DNA from: Aquificaceae bacterium
Lineage (GTDB): Bacteria > Aquificota > Aquificia > Aquificales > Aquificaceae
Length of the DNA: 27,285 nucleotides
Reading direction: 5' to 3'
NCBI GenBank assembly: GCA_039630345.1
Contig: JBCNVD010000024.1
Location: 1 to 27,285, forward strand
In this document: positions 1-9,948 of the stretch, piece after piece
Numbering within the stretch: the first letter of the stretch is position 1
How the letters are laid out: each line of letters starts with the position of its first letter
Program-made: the position numbers and the translations under genes
Notes under the pieces: model-generated
Told to the model about the DNA's origin: nothing
The model's input: only the letters and a program-made list of their open reading frames with translations
The model's database searches: none

Positions 1-139
1 CGAGGTTTGAAAAAAACCTCACCCCCTCCACCTTTTTTGAAGGGTCTAAATCACACAAAGAGACATCTATCCCTTTTGATGTTAGTTTCTGAAGGTATTT
101 TCTCCCCATTCTTCCCCCGCCTATTAAGAGAGCTTTCAT
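1..139 (-). CDS. Gfo/Idh/MocA-like NAD(P)-binding oxidoreductase, 5' part (runs off the left edge)
   Basis: Manual translation from ATG at 139: MKALLIGGGRMGRKYLQKLTSKGIDVSLCDLDPSKK..., an N-terminal Rossmann GxGxxG motif followed by the beta2 Asp; not in the ORF track. Confidence 0.7.
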   Translation of the reverse strand, partial: MKALLIGGGRMGRKYLQKLTSKGIDVSLCDLDPSKKVEGVRFFSNL

Positions 140-157
140 GACCTTAAGATATTTTAA

Positions 158-811
158 GTGAGGGCAGTTTTTATAACCGCGACAGACACCTCGGTTGGAA
201 AGACCTTTGTTTGCTACAATATTGCCCTGTCTCTTCGTCAAAGGGGCGTGAAGGTAGGCTACTTTAAGCCTGTTGAAACAGGCGTTTACAAACTGCCCGA
301 AGATACCGCGCTTTTATGCTCTGTTACGGGTCAGGATATAAAAAAAGCCAACTGCTACAGTTTTAAGCCCCCCGTCTCGCCATATGCAGCAAGTCTTGAT
401 GATAAAATCCAGATCTCAAAAGAGGTTATAAAAAATCGCTTTGAAGAGCTAAGAGACGAGTTTGAATTCCTGCTGGTAGAGGGTGCAGGTGGAATTTGCG
501 TTCCAATAACTAAGGATTTTAACTACGCAGACCTTGCCAAGATGCTAAATATTCCCGTGATTTTAGTCTCCAGAGCAGGTCTTGGAACTATAAATCACAC
601 TTTGCTATCTGTAAATTATATTCGCCTTATGAATTTAGAGCTTTTAGGCATAGTTATGACCCCTTTTGAAGGAAAAGACATCTCAGAAAAGAGAAATCCA
701 GAAATTATCAAAGAGCTAACAAACATAGAGCCTCTGAAGCTGGAAAAGTCCGGGAGCTTAATCCTTCCTAAATCTCAAAGAGACGCTCTGTGCAGGCTTA
801 TCGGGTTCTAA
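158..811 (+). CDS. bioD: dethiobiotin synthase
   Basis: FITATDTSVGKT P-loop, KPVETG, LVEGAGG, GLGTINHT motifs. Confidence 0.96.
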   Translation: MRAVFITATDTSVGKTFVCYNIALSLRQRGVKVGYFKPVETGVYKLPEDTALLCSVTGQDIKKANCYSFKPPVSPYAASLDDKIQISKEVIKNRFEELRDEFEFLLVEGAGGICVPITKDFNYADLAKMLNIPVILVSRAGLGTINHTLLSVNYIRLMNLELLGIVMTPFEGKDISEKRNPEIIKELTNIEPLKLEKSGSLILPKSQRDALCRLIGF

Positions 812-2440
812 GCCGTAATATACACAAACCCGCTCTACAAGGTCTTTAAAATATGGCGCAGCAACCGTTCCGCCATAGATGTTATCCCCTTTTGGCTCAT
901 CCACCATGATACCCGCTATAAACTTAGGTCTACTTGCCGGAAAATAACCAACAAAATAAGTAACCAGCTTTTGTCTTGAGTAAGTCCCTGTTGACTTATC
1001 AAACTTCTGAGAAGTTCCTGTTTTACCGGCTATATAGAAGTATTCTGACCTTGCCTGCTTGCCTGTGCCTTCTTCCACCACCCTGATGAGGTTTTGCTGA
1101 GCCCATAAAAGACTCCTTTTGGAAAAGACATTCTCCTTTATGATTTTTGGCTCCTGAGCTAGTAAAACCCTGGGCATTAAAACCCTGTTTGTAGCAAGAG
1201 CATTAAAGGCAGTGCATAGCTGCAAAAGATTAAATGCCATCCCCTGACCTATACTTGCGTAGAGTATGTTAGCAGGGTAGTTAAAGTTAGGAAGCCACGG
1301 TCTTGCGCTTGTATGCATCTCCAGGCGCATATCCAATCCAAGGTCTTTCATCAGTTTCTCCACATCCTCTTTTGACATACGCCTTGCAACCTTGATAGTC
1401 CCGACATTCGAAGACTTTATCAACACCTGCTCCAAAGTCATACTCCTCGAGGGCTTTACGTCTTTTACGCTCCTTCCGTAAACCTCTGTGCGTCCACCTT
1501 CAAGGTCAAACCACATCCCGGGTTTTACATAACCAAGCTCAAGAGCTCTTGCTATAAAAAACGGCTTTACAACAGACCCTGGCTCAAAAATATCTGTCAA
1601 AACCCTGTTTCTGCGAGAGCTATCTGGATAGCCCCTTGGGTTATTCGGGTCAAAGCTCGGGTAAGAAGCCATAGCCAGAATTTCCCCGCTATTTGCATCA
1701 AGCAATACAATTCCAACCGCCTTCGGCGACCACTCTTTGATAATCTTTTCCTTTATATCTTCGGCTATTGCCTGAGCCCCAAGGTCGATGGTTAGATAAA
1801 CCTCTCCTGTCTTTGGCTCTTCCCAGAGAGGATTTTTGGCAAGACTCCCAATTTTTCTCGCCTTTAGAAAAGCCCCCCTCTTTTGCTCTCCCTTTAAAAG
1901 CTCATTGTAGTAATACTCAAGTCCGTCAATACCCTCCCCATCTACGCTTGTAAAACCAAGAAGATTACTGGCAAGCGTTCCATGGGGGTAGTATCTTTTG
2001 AACTCTTCCTGAAGCCCAACAGTGCTTGTATTTGCAGTGTCTTTTATAACCCCCTTTATGTAAGGTGAGAGTTCTTTATCTATGTGCCTGATTAACCATA
2101 TCGATTTTCTTTCGCTCTCGAAGGCTTTTAGTATAAATCTCTCATCTACTCCAGCAACAGACGAAAGTCTCCTTGCTAGTTCCTGTCTGTTTTGAACAAG
2201 CTCAGAATTGCTTACAAAAACAGAAACCGTTGGCACGCTTATTGCAAGTGGATTACCATTCCGGTCATAAATTGTCCCTCTGGGGGCGGCGATTGTCATA
2301 ATACTCAATTGTGGAAAATTGCGTGCTATTTTCTCCACATAATCCTCTTTGCCAATAAGCTGTATGTATCCAAACCTCAGAATAATCACCACAAAAATAA
2401 GAAAAGCGAAAAAGATTATCAAAGATTGCCTAACAGCCAT
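758..2440 (-). CDS. ftsI: class B penicillin-binding protein (FtsI/PBP3-like transpeptidase)
   Basis: N-terminal TM anchor, RGTIYDRNG, RYYPHG, EPGSVVK (SxxK), KSSN (SxN), AGKTGT (KTG). Confidence 0.85.
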   Translation of the reverse strand: MAVRQSLIIFFAFLIFVVIILRFGYIQLIGKEDYVEKIARNFPQLSIMTIAAPRGTIYDRNGNPLAISVPTVSVFVSNSELVQNRQELARRLSSVAGVDERFILKAFESERKSIWLIRHIDKELSPYIKGVIKDTANTSTVGLQEEFKRYYPHGTLASNLLGFTSVDGEGIDGLEYYYNELLKGEQKRGAFLKARKIGSLAKNPLWEEPKTGEVYLTIDLGAQAIAEDIKEKIIKEWSPKAVGIVLLDANSGEILAMASYPSFDPNNPRGYPDSSRRNRVLTDIFEPGSVVKPFFIARALELGYVKPGMWFDLEGGRTEVYGRSVKDVKPSRSMTLEQVLIKSSNVGTIKVARRMSKEDVEKLMKDLGLDMRLEMHTSARPWLPNFNYPANILYASIGQGMAFNLLQLCTAFNALATNRVLMPRVLLAQEPKIIKENVFSKRSLLWAQQNLIRVVEEGTGKQARSEYFYIAGKTGTSQKFDKSTGTYSRQKLVTYFVGYFPASRPKFIAGIMVDEPKGDNIYGGTVAAPYFKDLVERVCVYYGLEPDKPAQSVSLRFRKD

Positions 2441-3515
2441 CTATCATAGATACAAATTCTTTAAATACCCCAAAGGCATCTCCCGGTCCCGGCGCAGCTT
2501 CAGGATGAAATTGCACGCATTTGATTTTTAATTCCTGAACCTCAAAGCCTTCTATAGTGTCATCAAGCAGGTTCTTATGCGTTATATTAACTCCTTTTAC
2601 ACTAGATAAATCAACTGCATAGTTATGATTCTGAGAGGTTATTAAAACCCTGTTGTTTCTTAAATCTTTCACGGGATGATTTACGCCATGATGCCCAAAT
2701 CTCAATTTAAAAACCTCACCGCCAAGAGCAATTGAGATCAGCTGATGACCAAGGCATATACCAAGTAGAGGCATCTTGCCGATTATTTGCCTCACAAACT
2801 CAAAGCCGGCTTTTACACTCCTTGGGTCGCCGGGACCATTAGACAAAACCACACCAAGAGGCGAGAGATCTCTAACGCATTCTGTGGCATTTTCAGGCGA
2901 AACTACCACAGGGTCTAGGCCGACACTTTCAAGACAACGCAGTATATTTCTCTTTAGACCAAAATCAACCACTAATACGGGTTTTCGAATTTTTCCAATG
3001 TCATCAGCATTCCAGAGGTAGCTTTTTCGCGTGCTTACTTCAGAAACAAGGTCCTGCACAGATATATCAGGGGCATTTTTCGCAAGATTAATTAGCTCCT
3101 GCGGACTTCTATCAAGCGTGCTAAGAACTCCTTTCATTACCCCCCTGGTTCTTATTCTCTTAACTATTGCCCTTGTATCAACACCCCACATTACCAAAAC
3201 CCCACTTGAGATTAAAAAATCCGATAGACTTTTCTCAGCTCGCCAGCTACTTGCATAAAAGCTAAGGTCTCTTACGACAAAAGCCCTCACATGAATTTCA
3301 GAAGACTCAAGGTCATGCTCATTTACTCCGTAATTACCTACATGAGGCGCTGTCATCACCACTATTTGCCCTCTGTAAGATGGGTCTGTCAGAACTTCCT
3401 GATAACCTGTCATTGCGGTATTGAAAACAACCTCCCCATAGACCTCTCCTTCTCCCAATACAAACCCCCTAAACACACTCCCGTCTTCGAGGGCTAAAAA
3501 GCCTCTTTTCATCAA
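2430..3515 (-). CDS. carA: carbamoyl-phosphate synthase small subunit
   Basis: GEVVFNTAMTGYQEVLTDPSY, SNGPGDP, GICLGHQ (catalytic Cys), QFHPEA; start is TTG 3515 or ATG 3512. Confidence 0.97.
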   Translation of the reverse strand: MMKRGFLALEDGSVFRGFVLGEGEVYGEVVFNTAMTGYQEVLTDPSYRGQIVVMTAPHVGNYGVNEHDLESSEIHVRAFVVRDLSFYASSWRAEKSLSDFLISSGVLVMWGVDTRAIVKRIRTRGVMKGVLSTLDRSPQELINLAKNAPDISVQDLVSEVSTRKSYLWNADDIGKIRKPVLVVDFGLKRNILRCLESVGLDPVVVSPENATECVRDLSPLGVVLSNGPGDPRSVKAGFEFVRQIIGKMPLLGICLGHQLISIALGGEVFKLRFGHHGVNHPVKDLRNNRVLITSQNHNYAVDLSSVKGVNITHKNLLDDTIEGFEVQELKIKCVQFHPEAAPGPGDAFGVFKEFVSMIDGC

Positions 3516-3530
3516 AAGTTTTATTTTAAA

Positions 3531-3621
3531 CGGAGAGGGCGGGATTCGAACCCGCGGTAGGGCTTTGACACCCTACTACTGCTTAGCAAGCAGCCGCCTT
3601 CGACCACTCGGCCACCTCTCC
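3531..3621 (-). tRNA. tRNA-Ser(GCT), long variable arm, CCA not encoded
   Basis: GGAGAGGTGGCCGAGTGGTCGAAGGCG GCTGC-TTGCTAA-GCAGT ... GGGTTCGAATCCC GCCCTCTCC G; acceptor stem, T-loop, variable arm and G discriminator all present. Confidence 0.96.
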
Positions 3622-3645
3622 AGCTATGTTTAACTAGTTTAAACC

Positions 3646-4269
3646 ATGCAAAACAAATTAAGAAGAGGGACTTTGGTAGTTTTTGAAGGAATCGACGGCT
3701 CTGGCAAGACAACTCTGGCAAAGAGACTCTATCAACATCTATTAAACCTTGGCATAGACGCAGTGCTATATAGAGACCCTGGCTCCACCGACCTTGCAGA
3801 AAAGCTCCGTAAAGAGGTCCTGAGTCTTGAGCTACATCCAATCACGGAGCTTCTGATATTCCAGAGCGCTCGCTCTGATTTGGTAAATCGCAAGATCCTG
3901 CCAGACCTTATCAAAGACCGCTTTGTTATTATGGATAGATTTTTGCACTCTAGCATAGCCTATCAGGGCTTTGGGAGGGAAATAAACTTAGGAACTGTCA
4001 AAATTCTTAACCACATTGCCACAAGGGGCATAAAGCCAGACATCGTCTTTTTGCTAAATCCGCCTCTTGAGGTAGCTCTATCTAGATTAAGGACCAAAAA
4101 CCGCTTTGAAGACAGGAACTTCCTAAAGCGCGTGCGAGATGGATACCTAAATCTGGCAAACGAAGAGAGAGAACTCTTTGTATTACTAGACACTTCTCAA
4201 AGCGAGGATCTGACATTTTCATACATCCTCGACACATTGATAGCAAGAGAGCTCTTAAAACTTTCTTAA
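3646..4269 (+). CDS. tmk: thymidylate kinase
   Basis: FEGIDGSGKTT, DRFLHSSIAYQG, KPDIVFLL. Confidence 0.96.
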   Translation: MQNKLRRGTLVVFEGIDGSGKTTLAKRLYQHLLNLGIDAVLYRDPGSTDLAEKLRKEVLSLELHPITELLIFQSARSDLVNRKILPDLIKDRFVIMDRFLHSSIAYQGFGREINLGTVKILNHIATRGIKPDIVFLLNPPLEVALSRLRTKNRFEDRNFLKRVRDGYLNLANEERELFVLLDTSQSEDLTFSYILDTLIARELLKLS

Positions 4270-4305
4270 ACTAAAATGCCCCTTAGGGCGCATAAAATGA
4301 GATTT

Positions 4306-5661
4306 ATGAAAGCCATCATCTTAGCAGGTGGTAGCGGCACGAGACTGTGGCCACTCTCTAGACAGATGTATCCAAAGCAGTTTCTCAGGATAATCGATGA
4401 GCGTTCCTTGCTAAGGGCAACCTTTGAAAGAGTTTTGTCTACCTTTAAAGAAGAAGACATTCTGGTAGTTACTCACAAAGACTATAAAAACCATGTTATT
4501 AACGACCTCTATCCATATGATAGGTTTCACCTGCTTGCAGAACCAGAGCGTAAAAATACAGGTCCAGCAATCTCATACGCAATCTCTTATATAACCCACC
4601 ACCTCAAACCAGACCCTAATGAGGTAATCGCAGTATTTGCATCTGACCACTATATATCTCCGGATTCTGAGTTTATGAAAATGGTAAAACTTGGCATAGA
4701 AGTTGCCAAAGCAGGATACTTTGTCGTTTTTGGTATAAAACCAACAAGCCCAGACCCTAACTTTGGCTACATAAAAAGAGGGGAAGCTTTGATGCAAAAC
4801 CCACCTGTCTATAAGATTGAAGAATTTGTAGAAAAACCACCATTAGAAAAAGCAAAATCTATGATTGAATCCGGACAGTTTTTCTGGAACTCTGGTAACT
4901 TCATCTTTACTCTGGAAGCATTTTTGAACTTTATGGAGAAAAAGGAAAGCCAAATTTACGAATTTATCAAAACCAATCAAATGCTTAAAAATTATAAGCT
5001 CCTGAAAGAAATCTCCTTTGACTACATGGTAATGGAAAGGGTAGATAATGGAGCCGTGATGCCCCTTGAGGTTATATGGAGTGATATAGGGTCTTTTGAA
5101 GGTCTTTATAGAGTTTTGAAAGAAAACGGCCAGCACTGCAAAGGAGATACCATATGCCTAGATGGGGAGGACAATCTTATACTTAGCACCGGCAGACTTA
5201 TTTGCACCATAGGAGTCAGCAACCTGGCAATAGTAGAAGAAAAAGACGCAGTTTTGGTAATATCAAGAGATAAATCCCAGAAGGTAAGAGACCTTGTGAA
5301 AATCCTCTCAGAGCAAAAGCGCCCCGAAGCCTTTTTTCACAAGGAGATAAACCTCCCCTGGGGAAGAGAGTTAACCCTCGAAGAAAGTCCATCTTACAGC
5401 GTCTTTAAACTGCAGATCTTCCCATCCAGAGAGATACCAAAAAGGATGCATCTACATCACAATCGCATCTGGACCATACTTTCAGGTACTGCTATCTTTC
5501 ATGGCTCAAAAGAAGAATATCTGGTACCAGGTCAAAGTGTTTTTATAGAGAGGGCAAAACCATACAGCATAAAAAATATCGGACTCATACCCCTCGAGAT
5601 TATAGAAGTCCGGGTTGGCGAATACCTGAAAGATGAAGATACACAATATGTTGAAACCTGA
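4306..5661 (+). CDS. manC: mannose-1-phosphate guanylyltransferase with C-terminal cupin (PMI-like) domain
   Basis: KAIILAGGSGTRLWPLSR, PKQFL, EPERKNTGPA, FVEKP, WNSG, WSDIGS; ATG 4306 preferred over ORF-track 4276 by family start. Confidence 0.92.
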   Translation: MKAIILAGGSGTRLWPLSRQMYPKQFLRIIDERSLLRATFERVLSTFKEEDILVVTHKDYKNHVINDLYPYDRFHLLAEPERKNTGPAISYAISYITHHLKPDPNEVIAVFASDHYISPDSEFMKMVKLGIEVAKAGYFVVFGIKPTSPDPNFGYIKRGEALMQNPPVYKIEEFVEKPPLEKAKSMIESGQFFWNSGNFIFTLEAFLNFMEKKESQIYEFIKTNQMLKNYKLLKEISFDYMVMERVDNGAVMPLEVIWSDIGSFEGLYRVLKENGQHCKGDTICLDGEDNLILSTGRLICTIGVSNLAIVEEKDAVLVISRDKSQKVRDLVKILSEQKRPEAFFHKEINLPWGRELTLEESPSYSVFKLQIFPSREIPKRMHLHHNRIWTILSGTAIFHGSKEEYLVPGQSVFIERAKPYSIKNIGLIPLEIIEVRVGEYLKDEDTQYVET

Positions 5662-5845
5662 AGACTCCAAAGCCCTTCTTCTTGGCACTCACTTGCTCGG
5701 AGGGTTGATAACAGGTTTAGCTATAGGGTATGGAATTGACTACATATTTAAATCAAAACCAGCAGGAATAATAATATTTGGCATCATAGGGATAATAGCC
5801 GGAATGCTAAATGCCTACAGAGATTTTAAGAAGATTTTAAAATAA
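5648..5845 (+). CDS. AtpZ/AtpI-family small membrane protein
   Basis: Two TM helices with GLAIGYGIDYIFKSKP and GIIAGMLNAYR, typical of ATPase_gene1-type proteins; overlaps manC stop; ATG 5648. Confidence 0.8.
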   Translation: MLKPEDSKALLLGTHLLGGLITGLAIGYGIDYIFKSKPAGIIIFGIIGIIAGMLNAYRDFKKILK

Positions 5846-6224
5846 ATAAGATTTCATCTGGAATTGTCGAGAGTTCTTTGTTATATATCAGGCAGTGCTT
5901 GCTATATGCTTTTGCCACAAGATTATCCTTAAAGATCTCGTAATAGAAGCTAAAACTCCAGCGATTTACTTCTCTTACCCACAAAAGAACATCAAAGACA
6001 TCGGCGTGAAAGATGGGTCGATGGAACCTGCATTTGAGTTCCACGACAGGCACCTCAAAACCCTTCTCTATTATAGTTTCATAAGGAAGTCCGCGCGAGC
6101 GGAGGAACTCAGACCTTGTCTCTTCTAAATATTTGAAAAACACTGAATGATGAACAACACCCTGGGCGTCAGTTTCATGAAAGTGGGCTCTTCTTCTATA
6201 GCGAAAATCAGCCGAACCTACCAG
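5826..6224 (-). CDS. acyl-CoA thioesterase (YbgC/4HBT hot-dog family); start codon uncertain (CTG 6224 proposed)
   Basis: Frame extends 5' of the ORF-track GTG: ...[32 protein letters not shown], containing the catalytic D-x-x-G-V-V-H-H motif. Confidence 0.85.
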   Translation of the reverse strand: MVGSADFRYRRRAHFHETDAQGVVHHSVFFKYLEETRSEFLRSRGLPYETIIEKGFEVPVVELKCRFHRPIFHADVFDVLLWVREVNRWSFSFYYEIFKDNLVAKAYSKHCLIYNKELSTIPDEILFILKSS

Positions 6225-7032
6225 TGATGTAATCCTCTGTTAACTTATTATCAGGCTTTGTGAATATCTTCTCAGTGTGTCCAAATTCCACAAGCTCACC
6301 TAGGTACATAAAAGCGGTAAAGTCAGAAATCCTTGCCGCCTGTTGCATATTGTGAGTAACTATGACAATAGTAACCCTTTGACGAAGGTCTACTATCAAA
6401 TCCTCTATCTTCGCGGTTGATATTGGGTCAAGAGCTGATGTTGGCTCGTCAAAGAGTAAAACCTCAGGCTCTACAGCTATGGCTCTTGCTATGCAAAGTC
6501 TCTGTTGTTGACCGCCGGAGAGAGAATATGCGTTCGCGTTTAATCTGTTTTTAACTTCGTCCCAAAGAGCTGCACCCTGAAGCGCCTTTTCCACAGCTTC
6601 GTCAAGGAGAGATTTTTTCTTAACCCCTCTTATTCTAAGTCCATAAGCGACGTTTTCATATATGCTTTTTGGGAAAGGGTTTGGCTTTTGAAAGACCATC
6701 CCAACGCGCATCCTGACCGCAAGAGGGTCAGTGGTATTGGCAATTAAATTAAGTCCGTCTGGCATTAGATTAATCTCACCTTCATATCGTGCGCCGGGGT
6801 AAAGGTCATGCATTCTGTTAAATGCTCTTAGCAGTGTTGTTTTTCCGCATCCAGAAGGACCTATGATTGCCGTAACTCTGTTTTCAGCTATTGCAAAGTT
6901 GATAGATTTTAGCGCATGATAAGTGCCATAGTAGAAGTTAAAATCCTTGACCACGATTTTTGTGTTTGCCCCTTTTATTTGCTGGTCGCTGCCCCCTGTG
7001 CGGGACTGGACCATCTTAGCCGGATTTACCAT
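6208..7032 (-). CDS. pstB: phosphate ABC transporter ATP-binding protein
   Basis: [53 protein letters not shown]. Confidence 0.97.
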   Translation of the reverse strand: MVNPAKMVQSRTGGSDQQIKGANTKIVVKDFNFYYGTYHALKSINFAIAENRVTAIIGPSGCGKTTLLRAFNRMHDLYPGARYEGEINLMPDGLNLIANTTDPLAVRMRVGMVFQKPNPFPKSIYENVAYGLRIRGVKKKSLLDEAVEKALQGAALWDEVKNRLNANAYSLSGGQQQRLCIARAIAVEPEVLLFDEPTSALDPISTAKIEDLIVDLRQRVTIVIVTHNMQQAARISDFTAFMYLGELVEFGHTEKIFTKPDNKLTEDYITGRFG

Positions 7033-7979
7033 TGATACTTCCTCCTTACCCTGAATCTTATGTAAAAAGCGATAGAGTTCATAAGCAGAGCCAGAACAAG
7101 CAGGACAAAACCTGCAGCTGCGGCATTTGTATGAAACTCTTCCTGAGGTCTTGAGACCCAGTTAAACATCTGAATTGGCAAAACCGTAAAGGCAGACTTT
7201 AAAGTTCCTATTGGGTCAGTTAGAGGAGAAGGCGGAAGAAACGCTATGAATGTTAAAGCGCCTACCGTTATGAGCGGTGCAGTTTCCCCTATTGCCCTTG
7301 ATATGCCTATAATAAGCCCTGTTAGTATACCACCGCCAGAATAGGGCAATATGTGATGAAAGAGGGTTTCCCAGCGCGTTGCACCAAGCGCATAAGCTGC
7401 CTCTCTCACACTTCTTGGTATGCGCCTTATGGCTTCGCGAGTTGACACAACTATAACAGGGAGCATCAAAAGACCAAGGGTCAAACCTGCAGTTAATATA
7501 CTTTCACCAAACTTGAATCTATGGACGAATATTCCAAGAGCCAAAAGTCCATATACTATAGATGGAACTGCAGCGAGGTTTGCTATGTTAGCCTCTATTA
7601 TTCTCGCGATTCTACCTTTTCCACCATACTCTTCCAGAAATATACCTGCTGGAACCCCAAGAAAAACCGCCCAGAATATAGCTCCCGCCATGACATAAAT
7701 AGTACCGACAGTAGCAGATAGAATTCCGGCTTCCTCTGGAAATCTTGAGGGATAGCTAGTATAAAAAGAAGGTGATATAAGTCTAGTCCAACCATCTATC
7801 AACAAATCCACGCTGACCGCAAATAGAAAAATAAGGGTAAACAAGGTTGCTATAACGCCTGTCCACCAGAAAATCCCGTCAACTCTCTTAACACCCTTTG
7901 CGTAGTTTAAACTATCAAAATTATCTAAACTTTCTTTAAGTTCCTCTGAGTATTCGTATACTCTCTTTTTCTTAACCAT
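7026..7979 (-). CDS. pstA: phosphate ABC transporter permease
   Basis: [31 protein letters not shown]; operon position. Confidence 0.95.
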   Translation of the reverse strand: MVKKKRVYEYSEELKESLDNFDSLNYAKGVKRVDGIFWWTGVIATLFTLIFLFAVSVDLLIDGWTRLISPSFYTSYPSRFPEEAGILSATVGTIYVMAGAIFWAVFLGVPAGIFLEEYGGKGRIARIIEANIANLAAVPSIVYGLLALGIFVHRFKFGESILTAGLTLGLLMLPVIVVSTREAIRRIPRSVREAAYALGATRWETLFHHILPYSGGGILTGLIIGISRAIGETAPLITVGALTFIAFLPPSPLTDPIGTLKSAFTVLPIQMFNWVSRPQEEFHTNAAAAGFVLLVLALLMNSIAFYIRFRVRRKYQW

Positions 7980-7981
7980 GA

Positions 7982-8899
7982 TTAATACCCCGTTGCCTTT
8001 GACTTGAAGTAAACCGATATTGAATTCAGAATCAAAGTTACAGCAAAAAGGAGAATACCAGCTGCGAATATAGACAGATACTCAAAAGAACCATAAGGTA
8101 AATCCCCAAGAGCTACCTGAACTATGTATCCTGTAATTGTTTGGACCGGTTCAAGCGGATTGAGAGTCAGCTGAGGGTACATACCAGCAGCTACCGCCAC
8201 AACCATAGTTTCGCCAAGAGCTCTTGAAAAACCAAGCAAATAAGCTGATAAAACCCCTGATTTGGCAGCAGGTAGCACAACAAAGAGTGTTGTCCTTAGC
8301 TTCGAGGCTCCCATTGCATAAGACGCTTCGCGAAGATACTGAGGAACGCCTTTAAATGCATCTTCAACCATAGAGGCAGTGAATGGAAGTATCATTATGC
8401 CAAGCACCAACCCGGGTGCCAGAGCATTCATACCCTGAACTTCTATATCAAACTTCAAAAATATGTACTCGAGAATGGGGGTTATAGCAAGGAGGGCAAA
8501 ATATCCATACACAACAGTTGGGACCGCTTCTAAGAAATCTATCATCGGCTTTATGCTTTCTCTTACCTTCCAGCTTGCATATTCGCTTAAGTAAATCGCA
8601 ACCAAGAGCCCCAGAGGTATTGAAACAAGCATCGAGATACCTGCTATCATCAAAGTTCCATTTAGCAACGGCCATATACCTATTTGTTTGGTTTCAAAAG
8701 TTGGGGTCCAGCTTGTTTCTGTAAAAAACCTTATCAGGGATTTTGGAAAACCACCCCCTTCGGGGTGGAGAAAGAATCTTGCTGCATCAGTTACCAAAAC
8801 CCAGACAATTCCAAATGTCACAAGGATAGAAACTGCCCCCATAAACATCAAAAACACATATAGGGCAGTGTCTATTTTCTTCTTGGTCTGTATTGTCAT
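7982..8899 (-). CDS. pstC: phosphate ABC transporter permease
   Basis: AVPTVVYGYF, LREASYAMGAS, SRALGETMVV; operon position. Confidence 0.95.
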   Translation of the reverse strand: MTIQTKKKIDTALYVFLMFMGAVSILVTFGIVWVLVTDAARFFLHPEGGGFPKSLIRFFTETSWTPTFETKQIGIWPLLNGTLMIAGISMLVSIPLGLLVAIYLSEYASWKVRESIKPMIDFLEAVPTVVYGYFALLAITPILEYIFLKFDIEVQGMNALAPGLVLGIMILPFTASMVEDAFKGVPQYLREASYAMGASKLRTTLFVVLPAAKSGVLSAYLLGFSRALGETMVVAVAAGMYPQLTLNPLEPVQTITGYIVQVALGDLPYGSFEYLSIFAAGILLFAVTLILNSISVYFKSKATGY

Positions 8900-9888
8900 T
8901 GTTTTGACTCGCGCTTAAGGAGCTCCTCTATTGTTAAACCGACCTCAATTTCACCGCCAAAGACAGTTCCTACTACTCTCTTGTTCCAGCGCTCTTGGGC
9001 AAGTTTGTAAGCAGTTTGTGGAAGAGGAATATATTTAACCTCCCGGCTAATCTTACCAGCATTTGCAAGATAGAAGTCTACAAACTCCTTAACTTCTGGC
9101 TTTTCCTGAGCTGCTTTTGCATTGACATAGATAAATAGAGGTCTGGAAAGTGGCTGATAGGTTCCTTTCATAACAGTTTCCATAGAGGGAGCTACGCACT
9201 GTCCAGTTTTGGGATTTTTGATTTGAACTATTTTTACACGCCTTTTGTTTTCCTCAGCATAAGATAGTCCAAAGTATGCAAGACCACCTCTTTCACGGCG
9301 GATAAACTGAACAAGGACATTGTCGTCTTCTGAAGCAAGGTAGTCACCTCTTGATGATTTTGCTTTGCCTACGATTGCTTCGGTAAAGTAGTCGAAGGTA
9401 CCCGAGTCAGAACCAGGACCAGCTAGTTTGATTTCCATATCTGGCCAGTTTGGATCAAGGTCTTTCCACTTAAATTTCTTGTTTTGAGACTCTGGTCTCC
9501 ATATTTCCTTTAGTTGCTCTACCGTCATACAAACAGCCCAGTCGTTTCTTGTGTTTACCACAACCGCAAGACCGTCATAAGCAACAGGTAGCTCTATGTA
9601 TTGAACACCGTTTTTGCGGCACTCTTCCATTTCCTTTGCAGTTATTGGCCTTGAGGCATTGGATATGTCTGTTTCGCCCCTACAGAACTTTTTGAATCCA
9701 CCGCCTGTTCCGGATATTCCAACGGTTACCTTAACGGCTCCTGCTTTGGCTTTTTGAAACTCTTCGGCAACGCCCTCCGTAATAGGGAAGACAGTTGAAG
9801 AGCCATCAACCTTGATGATTTGTTGAGCAAGGGCACTCGTTGCAAGAAATCCAACCGTAAAAATTCCCGTAATCAACCTTCCTCTCAT
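8896..9888 (-). CDS. pstS: phosphate ABC transporter substrate-binding protein
   Basis: Signal peptide, [47 protein letters not shown]. Confidence 0.96.
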   Translation of the reverse strand: MRGRLITGIFTVGFLATSALAQQIIKVDGSSTVFPITEGVAEEFQKAKAGAVKVTVGISGTGGGFKKFCRGETDISNASRPITAKEMEECRKNGVQYIELPVAYDGLAVVVNTRNDWAVCMTVEQLKEIWRPESQNKKFKWKDLDPNWPDMEIKLAGPGSDSGTFDYFTEAIVGKAKSSRGDYLASEDDNVLVQFIRRERGGLAYFGLSYAEENKRRVKIVQIKNPKTGQCVAPSMETVMKGTYQPLSRPLFIYVNAKAAQEKPEVKEFVDFYLANAGKISREVKYIPLPQTAYKLAQERWNKRVVGTVFGGEIEVGLTIEELLKRESKQ

Positions 9889-9906
9889 TTTTAACCTCCA
9901 TCAGAG

Positions 9907-9948
9907 ATTTTAGAAGATTCTAATTAGTAATTGTTAAGAATCCGTTAA
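9907..9948 (-). promoter_or_regulatory. candidate Pho-box direct repeats and -10 element for pstS
   Basis: Minus strand TTAACG-N5-TTAACA-N5-TAATTA (11-bp period, 9948-9921) then TAAAAT (9912-9907) before the pstS RBS. Confidence 0.45.

Noticed and set aside
758..811. Long convergent overlaps (bioD/PBP 54 bp; nucleotidyltransferase/coaX 41 bp)
   Set aside because: Consistent with general genome compaction; no evidence of a regulatory role
1768..3497. Several plus-strand ORFs of 60-85 aa
   Set aside because: Antisense to the PBP gene and carA, no motifs; the same applies to the short shadow ORFs inside manC, pst, the nucleotidyltransferase, coaX, the ATPase, thiC and era
3531..3621. tRNA genes as integration sites for an island
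   Set aside because: No integrase, transposase or duplicated tRNA 3' end seen; both tRNAs are flanked by housekeeping genes
3521..3841. 106-aa minus-strand ORF
   Set aside because: Overlaps tRNA-Ser and is antisense to tmk; shadow ORF
4276..4293. Imperfect hairpin ATGCCCCTTAGGGCGCAT between tmk and manC
   Set aside because: Bulged stem, 3-nt loop and no U-tract; cannot support a terminator call
5648..5845. atpZ/I-like gene isolated from the atp operon
   Set aside because: Scattered operons are usual in Aquificae-type genomes, so it is listed as a feature only
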